From Chloroflexota bacterium (GTDB taxonomy: Bacteria; Chloroflexota; Limnocylindria; Limnocylindrales; CSP1-4): a stretch of DNA of 34,804 nt. Below are positions 28,666-34,804 of this stretch, piece after piece. The position numbers and the translations under genes are program-made. The stretch lies in the NCBI GenBank assembly GCA_015661135.1, contig JACVXW010000039.1, forward strand, positions 1 through 34,804, read 5' to 3'. The notes under the pieces are model-generated. The model was not told the origin of the DNA. It saw nothing but the letters and a program-made list of their open reading frames with translations, and ran no database searches. Every line of letters starts with the position of its first letter. Within the stretch, counting starts at the first letter, position 1.

Positions 28666-29592
28666 TCACAGCGAATCGAAGGCGCCGAGGCGCCGGGCTA
28701 TCAGCAGATAGACGGTCATGATCCCGATCGGCAGGAGCGAGTAGGCGGCCGCCAACGGGAGATTGCCGAGGCTCGAGTTGTCGTAGATGACGTTGCCGAT
28801 GAACTTTGCGTCCGAGACGAGGTCCGGCGTGATGTAGTCGCCGAGCGTCAGGGAGAACGTGAAGATCGAACCGGCCACGAAGGCCGGGAAGACGAGCGGC
28901 AGGATCACCCGCCTGAAGGTGGCCCCCGCCTTCGCCCCGAGGTCTGCGGATGCTTCCAGAAGCGAGTTCGGGATGCGCTCCAGGCCGGCGTAGATGGGCA
29001 GGATCATGTACGGCAGCCATAGGTAGCTGAGGACGAGCCACGAATTGGCGATCTCGTCCAGCCCCGGACTCTCCACGCCGAACGGGCTGAGCGCCCACTC
29101 CATGAAGCCGTTGCCCTGGAGAATCGTCCGCCATGCGTAGACCTTCACGAGATAGGCGGCCCAGAGCGGCATGAGGACGGCGATGACGAGCATGGCGCGG
29201 ACGCGCGGTGTCGCGATCCGGGCCATGTAGTAGGCGATCGGAAAGGCCAGGAGCGCGTCCGTGAGCGTGACGAGGACCGCCATGATGAGCGTCCGCACCG
29301 CCACTGTCCGGTAGACCTCGTGGCCGAACAGGTCGCGAAACGCGTTCAGGGTCCAGGCGAACGGCTCGACGCGGCCGGTGAACGCATCCTTCTCCCAGAA
29401 GGCGTTGAGCAGCAGGATGGCGAGCGCGCCGAGGTAGGCGATGGCGAGCCAGCCGAGCGGGCCGGCGAGCAGGAGGCGGAGCTGGAGGCCCTGCCGCGGA
29501 TGGAGCCAGATCGCGAGCCGGCGAGCGATCCCCGGCCTCGTTCCCGGTCCTGCGCGGGCGTCGGTTGGAGTGGACATGAATCTCCGGGTCAA
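28666..29592 (-). CDS. ABC importer permease (PotB-like)
   Basis: 308 aa, 6 TM, with the EAA loop ..SLLEASADLGAKAGATFRRVILP.. The ORF opens at TTG 29592. An alternative ATG 29577 follows GGAG. Confidence 0.85.
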   Translation of the reverse strand: MTRRFMSTPTDARAGPGTRPGIARRLAIWLHPRQGLQLRLLLAGPLGWLAIAYLGALAILLLNAFWEKDAFTGRVEPFAWTLNAFRDLFGHEVYRTVAVRTLIMAVLVTLTDALLAFPIAYYMARIATPRVRAMLVIAVLMPLWAAYLVKVYAWRTILQGNGFMEWALSPFGVESPGLDEIANSWLVLSYLWLPYMILPIYAGLERIPNSLLEASADLGAKAGATFRRVILPLVFPAFVAGSIFTFSLTLGDYITPDLVSDAKFIGNVIYDNSSLGNLPLAAAYSLLPIGIMTVYLLIARRLGAFDSL

Positions 29593-29598
29593 TGTTGA

Positions 29599-29629
29599 GA
29601 GGCTCCCCGGGGATGACCCGGGGAGCCTC
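29599..29629 (-). promoter_or_regulatory. intercistronic stem-loop between the binding-protein and permease genes
   Basis: 12-bp perfect inverted repeat GAGGCTCCCCGG / CCGGGGAGCCTC with a 7-nt loop, in the 69-nt gap downstream of the binding-protein stop. This position is typical of mRNA-stabilising or attenuating hairpins in binding-protein-dependent ABC operons. Confidence 0.5.
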
Positions 29630-29661
29630 GTCGCTGTCTCAGCGGGGAGAGAGCCGAGGGC

Positions 29662-30837
29662 TCAGCCGCCGCGGAGGGCGGTCCAGGCCGCGACCCACGC
29701 GTCCTGGTCCTTGCAGGTAGTGGCGGCGTCCGCGTCGGCACAGTCGGCCTGCGGCGTGCTCCAGTACCAGATCTTGTCGTAGTACGCCTCGTTCGTTGCG
29801 TTCGTCAATGCGCAATGACCGGGCGAGATGGTCTCGGCGTAGTCACAGGCCTGCTGGCTCGTGGGGGCTTCGCCGAAGAAGACGGTGGCCTGCCCGTTCG
29901 CTTCGGCAGACATCATGTGGTCCATCCACATGTACATGCAGTTCGGGTTCTTGGCGTCCTTGGCGATCATCCAGGTGTCCGACCAGCCGGTCGATCCCTC
30001 GTCCGGCAGAACGGCCGCGATCGGCGCACCCTCCGCCTGGAGCAGGTTCACCTGGAACTGCCAGGTTGTCCCGGTGACGACGTCGCCGGACGCGTACTGG
30101 CTGACCTGGTCGCTGTACGAGCCCCAGTAGTTTGCCCCGTTCGCCTTCTGCTTCTCGAGCAGGGCGATCGCCGCATCGAACTGTGCCTGGTTCAGCTGGT
30201 ACGGGTTCGTGATCTTGAGATCCGGCTGCTTCGTCATCAGGTGCAGCGCCGCGTCGGCGATGTAGATCGACGAGTCGTAGATGCTGATCTTGCCCTGGTA
30301 CATCGAGCCGTCTTCCCACACCGAGTCCCAGCTGGTCGGGGGCGTGGTGATGACGTCCGAGTTGTACGCGAGCAGGTTCGGGCCGCGGCCGTGCGGAACG
30401 CCGTAGTTGACCCCGTCAACCGTGTTGTGCTTCAGGTCCTTCATGCCGGCAAACACGTTGGCGTAGTTCTTGAACAGGGCCGTGTTCACCGGGGCTGCAT
30501 AGCCGCCGGCGATCAGCCGCGTCGTCGCGTCACCGGACGCCGAGATGCCGTCATAAGCGCCGGACTGGATGAGCGACACGCCGTTGTTGGAGTCGGTCAT
30601 GTTCGTCGTGGCGACCTTGCAGCCGGTGTCCTTCTCGAACCCGGTCACCCAGTCGAACTCCGGGTACACCTCGCCGCGCTCGGCGTAACCGGCCCAGATG
30701 ACGAGGTTGAGTGCTCCTTCGCCCGCGCCGATCTCCTTCGGCAGGTCCGGCGTTGGCTTGGGAGTTGCCCCGCTCTGACAGGCGGCCGCGATGATCGCGA
30801 CGGCGGCCAGCGCGGCCAATCTTGATCGCTTGCCCAT
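29662..30837 (-). CDS. polyamine-type (PotD/PotF-like) substrate-binding lipoprotein
   Basis: 391 aa. The signal peptide has a lipobox (..IIAAAC|QSG). The family-1 binding-protein fold is PotD-like (..LNLVIWAGYAE.., ..YGVPHGRGPNLLAYN..). GGAGGAGG lies upstream of the ATG. Confidence 0.85.
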   Translation of the reverse strand: MGKRSRLAALAAVAIIAAACQSGATPKPTPDLPKEIGAGEGALNLVIWAGYAERGEVYPEFDWVTGFEKDTGCKVATTNMTDSNNGVSLIQSGAYDGISASGDATTRLIAGGYAAPVNTALFKNYANVFAGMKDLKHNTVDGVNYGVPHGRGPNLLAYNSDVITTPPTSWDSVWEDGSMYQGKISIYDSSIYIADAALHLMTKQPDLKITNPYQLNQAQFDAAIALLEKQKANGANYWGSYSDQVSQYASGDVVTGTTWQFQVNLLQAEGAPIAAVLPDEGSTGWSDTWMIAKDAKNPNCMYMWMDHMMSAEANGQATVFFGEAPTSQQACDYAETISPGHCALTNATNEAYYDKIWYWSTPQADCADADAATTCKDQDAWVAAWTALRGG

Positions 30838-30905
30838 GCTCCTCCTCCGGTCGCGCCACTGCGCGACATCCTGATCGGCCGCTCGTTGGGCGGCCGTGAC
30901 CTTGA

Positions 30906-32048
30906 CTACTCCTCCCCGACGGGAAGATTGTGCTGGCGCTTCCAGGTGAGACGGACCGTCCGCCCCTTGGCCGAGAGCGCCTCCATCGATGAGGTCGCGA
31001 TGTTCTGCTGGGTGACGACCAGTTCGCCGCCCGCGTCGAGCGCCACGATATACCGAGTGTCCGGTCCCAGATAGACCACTTCGCGAATCGTCCCCATGGC
31101 CGATGCCTCATCCGGGGCCGGCTGGCTGTCCGGCTCCGCGAGCCGGATCTTCTCGGGGCGGACCGTGAAGGTGCCGCTGCCGCCCACGATCGCTCGGGCC
31201 GTTTCGCCCGACAGGAGGTTGGACGTGCCGACGAATCCGGCCACGAATCTCGTCGCCGGGCGCTCGTAGACGTCGGCCGGTGTGCCGACCTGCTCGATCC
31301 GGCCGCGATTGAAGACGGCCAGCCGGTCGCTCATCGTGAGCGCCTCCTGCTGGTCATGGGTGACGTAGACGAAGGTGATCCCGACCGCCTGCTGGATGGC
31401 CTTGAGCTCGATCTGCATCTCCTCGCGGAGCTTGAGATCGAGGGCGCCCAGGGGCTCGTCGAGGAGGAGCACGCGTGGCCGGTTGACGAGGGCGCGGGCC
31501 AGCGCGACGCGCTGGCGCTGCCCACCCGACAGCTGGCCCGGGCGGCGCCGGTCGTACCCCTCGAGACGGACCATCCGCAGGGCGTCGGCCACGCGTGCCT
31601 GCCGTTCGGGCCCCGGAACCTTGCGAACGACGAGACCGTAGGCGACGTTGTCGGCGACGCTCATGTGCGGGAACAGGGCGTAATCCTGGAAGACCGTGTT
31701 GACGTCCCGCTCGAATGGGGGCCGATCCGTCACGTCCTCACCGTGCAGCAGGATCCGGCCGGCCGTCGGCAGCTCGAAGCCGGCGATCATCCGGAGCGTC
31801 GTCGTCTTGCCCGAGCCGGACGGTCCGAGCATGGAGAAGAACTCGCCGTCGGCGATGTCGAGATCGATCCCGGCGACGGCAAGGACCGTGTCGGCGGAGG
31901 CCGACCCCGACGTGTCCCCGGCGCCGGTTCCCGCGCCGGCGCCAGTGCCGGCGTCGCCGAACCGCTTGACGAGGCCCTCGAGGCGGACGGCCGCAACCGC
32001 GGACGATGCCTCGCCGCGCGTCGGCGGGCGGGACGCCTCGGGTGTCAT
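30906..32048 (-). CDS. ABC importer ATP-binding protein (PotA-like) with TOBE-type C-terminus
   Basis: Walker [11 protein letters not shown]-loop [11 protein letters not shown], signature [15 protein letters not shown], Walker [15 protein letters not shown] 32048 (MTPEAS..) is preferred; the ORF also opens at 32135. There is a ~20-aa Gly/Ala/Thr low-complexity insert after ..LVKRFG. Confidence 0.88.
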   Translation of the reverse strand: MTPEASRPPTRGEASSAVAAVRLEGLVKRFGDAGTGAGAGTGAGDTSGSASADTVLAVAGIDLDIADGEFFSMLGPSGSGKTTTLRMIAGFELPTAGRILLHGEDVTDRPPFERDVNTVFQDYALFPHMSVADNVAYGLVVRKVPGPERQARVADALRMVRLEGYDRRRPGQLSGGQRQRVALARALVNRPRVLLLDEPLGALDLKLREEMQIELKAIQQAVGITFVYVTHDQQEALTMSDRLAVFNRGRIEQVGTPADVYERPATRFVAGFVGTSNLLSGETARAIVGGSGTFTVRPEKIRLAEPDSQPAPDEASAMGTIREVVYLGPDTRYIVALDAGGELVVTQQNIATSSMEALSAKGRTVRLTWKRQHNLPVGEE

Positions 32049-32142
32049 GGGGGCCTCGGCAGGATTCGGGACGACCAAGCGGCTCCTCGTGGAAGTCCGA
32101 TCAGGGACGCTGGACGACGCGGGCGCGGTTTCCATGGGTTCG

Positions 32143-32160
32143 GAGCGGCACGTGCCGCTC
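32143..32160. promoter_or_regulatory. 18-bp perfect palindrome GAGCGGCAC|GTGCCGCTC (CACGTG core) in a divergent spacer (candidate operator)
   Basis: Read directly. It lies between the PotA-like gene (minus) and the cupredoxin lipoprotein gene (plus, GTG 32243). Confidence 0.35.
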
Positions 32161-32242
32161 GAGTGACCGGCCGTCGCGCGCGGCTGGTCTCCGGTTGGCG
32201 CGCACTATCCCGTCGGCCGAGCGCCGTGTCAAGCACAATCGG

Positions 32243-32848
32243 GTGGTGACGACAACCGGCCCGCGCACCAGGTCCGCCGCCCGGCACGTTGCCGCAGCCA
32301 CGACAGCCGCCTTGTGCCTCGCCGCCTTCCTCGCCGCCTGCGATCCGGGTCCGGCGGCCACGCCGGCGATCACGCCCGGCACCGCCGTCGCGCCCCGCGT
32401 CGTGGTGCTCATCGCCAAGGACTACTCGTTCATCCCGCCGATCGTGGACCTCGTGCCGGGCGAGACCGTCATCCTCCAGGTCGTGAACGGCGGGCTGATC
32501 GTCCACGAGGCGGTCGTCGGTCCCACGCCCGTCCAGGACGCCTGGGAGGCGGCCGAGGCCTCGACCGTCTCGACCCCACCCGGCCCGACGGCCGTCGTCT
32601 CCGTGTCGCCGGATCTCGGCGGTGTCCGTATCGTGGTGGCCTCAGGGGAACGGCGCGATACGACCTTCGTGGTGCCGGCGGCGGCGGCGTCAGAGCCCGG
32701 CGGCTGGTTCGTCGGCTGCCACATCCCCGGCCACTGGGCAGAGGGAATGGTGGTCCCGGTGCGCTTCGTGGGACCCGATGGACGACCCCTGCCCACGCTC
32801 GGAGCGGGCACCGGTGGTACCCTTCGGGCGCCCGCCGCGGCGGGCTGA
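32243..32848 (+). CDS. cupredoxin-domain lipoprotein (type-1 copper-like site)
   Basis: GTG 32243 or 32246. The signal peptide has a lipobox (LAAFLAAC|D). The beta-sandwich domain has ligand pattern ..LIVHEAVV.. and ..FVGCHIPGHWAEGM (C-x4-H-x4-M). Confidence 0.7.
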   Translation: MVTTTGPRTRSAARHVAAATTAALCLAAFLAACDPGPAATPAITPGTAVAPRVVVLIAKDYSFIPPIVDLVPGETVILQVVNGGLIVHEAVVGPTPVQDAWEAAEASTVSTPPGPTAVVSVSPDLGGVRIVVASGERRDTTFVVPAAAASEPGGWFVGCHIPGHWAEGMVVPVRFVGPDGRPLPTLGAGTGGTLRAPAAAG

Positions 32849-32878
32849 AGCGCAGCGTCGCGAAGGAGTCGAAGCCCC

Positions 32879-33166
32879 ATGGCCTATGTCATCGCCGAGC
32901 CCTGCATTGACCTGCTGGACGTCTCGTGCGTTTCGGTCTGCCCGGTGGATTGCATCCACTACGAGGAAGGCGTTGACCGCAAGCTGTTCATCGATCCCAA
33001 CGAGTGCATCGACTGCGGCGCCTGCGAGCCGGAATGCCCGGTGAACGCGATCTTCCCCGAGGACCAGGTCCCGGCCGAGTGGGCCAACTACGTCCAGATC
33101 GACGCGACGTGGTTCACGGACCGCGGCGCCGCCCGCGTTGCCGTGGACGCCGCCAAGCCGGCCTGA
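32879..33166 (+). CDS. fdxA: 7Fe-type ferredoxin (actinobacterial FdxA-like)
   Basis: 95 aa starting MAYVIAEPCIDLLDVSCVSVCPVDCIH, followed by ..CIDCGACEPECPVNAI. The cysteine spacing matches [3Fe-4S][4Fe-4S] ferredoxins. Confidence 0.88.
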   Translation: MAYVIAEPCIDLLDVSCVSVCPVDCIHYEEGVDRKLFIDPNECIDCGACEPECPVNAIFPEDQVPAEWANYVQIDATWFTDRGAARVAVDAAKPA

Positions 33167-33248
33167 CGCCTCGACGGCATCGCGGGCGGACGATCGCCGG
33201 TCCGCCTGCGCCCTGATCGGCGCCCGGGGCATGGCATACTCGGCCCCC

Positions 33249-34109
33249 ATGTCACCGCTCGCGAAGCGCTCCATTGCAACCGTCGGCTCCGGCGTTATGG
33301 CCGAGGCGATGATCGCCGGCGTCCTCCGTGGCCGGCTCGTGGAGCCCGCCCAGATCGTGGCAAGCCATCCGCGGGCGGAGCGCCGCCAGGAGCTGATCTC
33401 CGCCCACGGCATCCGGGCGGTCGCCTCGAACGGTGAGGCCGTTGACGGCGCCGACATCGTCCTCCTCGCGATCAAGCCCCAGATGCTGCGACGCGTGGCC
33501 GCGGACATCGCGTCGCATCTCCGGCCCGGGCAGCTCGTCATCAGCGTCCTTGCCGGCGCCACGACCCGGGCGTTGACCACGGCGCTCGGCCACGACCAGG
33601 TCGTCCGGAGCATGCCCAACACACCGGCCCGCCTCGGCAAGGGGATGACGGTCTGGTTCGCGACTCCGGCCGTGACCACCGATCAGCGAGCCCAGGCCGC
33701 GGCTCTCCTGGGTGCCCTCGGCGTCCAGCTGGAGGTAGATGACGAGAAACTCGTCGCGATGGCGACCGCGGTCTCCGGGACCGGCCCGACCTATGTCTTC
33801 CTGGTTATGGAGGCGCTCATCGACGCCGCCGTCCATCTCGGCTTTGCGCGCCACGTGGCCCACGACCTCGTCATCGAGACGCTCGAGGGCAGCACGCTCT
33901 TTGCGAAGCAGTCCGGGATGCATCCGGCGGAGCTCCGGAACATGGTCACCTCGCCCGGCGGCACGAGCGCGGCGGCCCTCCACGAGCTGGAATCCGGGCG
34001 GCTGCGAACGGTCCTGTCCGAGGCGGTGTGGGCGGCCTTCCGCCGGACGGTGGAACTTGGCGATCAGCTGGAAGCGGACCTCGCGCCAACGGACGACCGG
34101 CCCGACTGA
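33249..34109 (+). CDS. proC: pyrroline-5-carboxylate reductase
   Basis: 286 aa from ATG 33249: Rossmann IATVGSGVMAEAMI, ..LLAIKPQ.., ..RSMPNTPA.., ..SGTGPTYVFLVMEAL.., ..VTSPGGTSAAAL.. Confidence 0.9.
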   Translation: MSPLAKRSIATVGSGVMAEAMIAGVLRGRLVEPAQIVASHPRAERRQELISAHGIRAVASNGEAVDGADIVLLAIKPQMLRRVAADIASHLRPGQLVISVLAGATTRALTTALGHDQVVRSMPNTPARLGKGMTVWFATPAVTTDQRAQAAALLGALGVQLEVDDEKLVAMATAVSGTGPTYVFLVMEALIDAAVHLGFARHVAHDLVIETLEGSTLFAKQSGMHPAELRNMVTSPGGTSAAALHELESGRLRTVLSEAVWAAFRRTVELGDQLEADLAPTDDRPD

Positions 34110-34146
34110 CCGGCCTGATTGACCGGCCCGACTGACCGGCCCGAGC
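34095..34146. repeat. 13-bp tandem repeat x4 (GACCGGCCYGAYY) spanning the proC stop codon
   Basis: Units at 34095-34107 GACCGGCCCGACT, 34108-34120 GACCGGCCTGATT, 34121-34133 GACCGGCCCGACT and 34134-34146 GACCGGCCCGAGC. The proC TGA (34107-34109) straddles units 1 and 2. Confidence 0.85.
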
Positions 34147-34378
34147 GTGCCGCGACGGGCGAGCTTATGCAGCCGGCGCATGAGTTGCGACACTTTCGCG
34201 GGTCGTCTGTCGCGGACGATGCGGGCCCTGCCTCGATTGTGCGGTTTGATGCGCCCGGAGACTGACCCGCTGCATCTCGGCCGTCCAACTGCTGCGAGTC
34301 ATGCGCGGAGTGACTGAGGCGCTCTGCGGCGAACGGTCGGTTACCTGCACGGCGGTGGCACCGGGCCCCGGTCAACCC

Positions 34379-34397
34379 GGCGGGCACCATGCCCGCC
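34379..34397 (-). terminator. possible GC-rich terminator hairpin after the truncated membrane-protein gene
   Basis: 8-bp stem GGCGGGCA / TGCCCGCC with a 3-nt loop, 13 nt downstream of the stop at 34410. There is no U-tract, so support is weak. Confidence 0.3.
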
Positions 34398-34409
34398 TGC
34401 CACGGCGAG

Positions 34410-34804
34410 TCAGCCCGGCGGTGGGATCTCCCGTCGCATTGCGGCGACGATCGCGAGCACGACGCCCAGCCCGATCAGCACGTCGCCGAGGCTGAAGACG
34501 TTGGCCATCGGCAGCCAGGCCGGCAGTGCGTAGATGTCGGTCAGGGGTCGAAACGCGGGCTCGGCCAGGACGACGCTGTTGGTGTGGTCTCCCGGGCCGG
34601 AGAAACCGGCGAACGCAAGCGCCGCCGGATCCGCGGGCATCGCCCCGCCATTTGACGTGATGGCCAGGAGGTTGGACAGCGCCCCGACCGCCACGATCCA
34701 CATCCCCGCCATGCGCAGATTGCGGACGACGGCGATGAAGACGGCTGCCGTGGAGGCGACGTAGACCGCCGGCCCGAGATTGCCGGCGAGACGGTCGCCG
34801 AATG
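34410..34804 (-). CDS. integral membrane protein, N-terminus outside window (possibly DUF5317-like)
   Basis: The frame is open from the window edge: ..FGDRLAGNLGPAVYVASTAAVFIAVVRNLRMAGMWIVAVGALSNLLAITSNGGAMP..LGDVLIGLGVVLAIVAAM.. It contains several hydrophobic helices. The family assignment is from memory only. Confidence 0.5.
   Translation of the reverse strand, partial: FGDRLAGNLGPAVYVASTAAVFIAVVRNLRMAGMWIVAVGALSNLLAITSNGGAMPADPAALAFAGFSGPGDHTNSVVLAEPAFRPLTDIYALPAWLPMANVFSLGDVLIGLGVVLAIVAAMRREIPPPG

Noticed and set aside
34095-34146. Possible CRISPR-like array (also considered for 16232-16260 and 8413-8456).
   Set aside because: The repeats are 9-13 bp. They are either contiguous (no spacers) or separated by only 8-9 nt. 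No cas genes are present.
34167-34265. 32-aa ATG ORF (MQPAHELRHFRGSSVADDAGPASIVRFDAPGD) in the proC-downstream spacer.
   Set aside because: It has no Shine-Dalgarno sequence, no coding-like GC3 bias and no recognisable motif.

Overview
High-GC (~70% by eye), gene-dense 34.8-kb chromosomal segment. I see no rRNA, CRISPR array, transposase, integrase or recognisable phage or defence gene. All family calls come from motifs read by eye, with no database search.

Gene order, left to right:
- aminotransferase tail, a 2-hydroxyacid dehydrogenase, a cytoplasmic trypsin-like protease, tRNA-Lys(UUU)
- nitrogen block amt-gltB, then a small Cys/His ORF
- GAF histidine kinase plus OmpR-type regulator (minus strand)
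- PEP carboxylase, a class-V PLP enzyme, a small membrane protein and a divergent MFS transporter
- initiator tRNA-Met with a clear promoter and terminator
- a long minus-strand block: two ABC-2 exporters, a TlpA-like thioredoxin and an aa3-type haem-copper oxidase operon (ctaC-ctaD-ctaE-small subunit), with ctaG divergent
- a Ser/Thr dehydratase translationally coupled to a DksA/TraR gene
- a PotABCD-like importer, a cupredoxin lipoprotein, an FdxA-type ferredoxin, proC, and a truncated membrane protein

Two things stand out:
1. The oxidase locus is loaded with type-1 (blue) copper domains. CoxII carries a C-terminal cupredoxin where caa3 oxidases carry cytochrome c. The gene after the small subunit encodes two tandem CtaF-C-half-like membrane modules fused to a paralogous cupredoxin. 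No CxxCH haem-c motif occurs in the operon.
2. Four, probably five, highly conserved genes carry clean internal losses: amt, gltB, an ABC ATPase, the dehydratase and probably ppc. The losses run from about 1 nt to about 45 codons and are mostly frame-shifting. In each case the downstream part is still open and recognisable. This is either a sequence or assembly artefact or very recent inactivation, and it must be resolved before biology is built on these genes.
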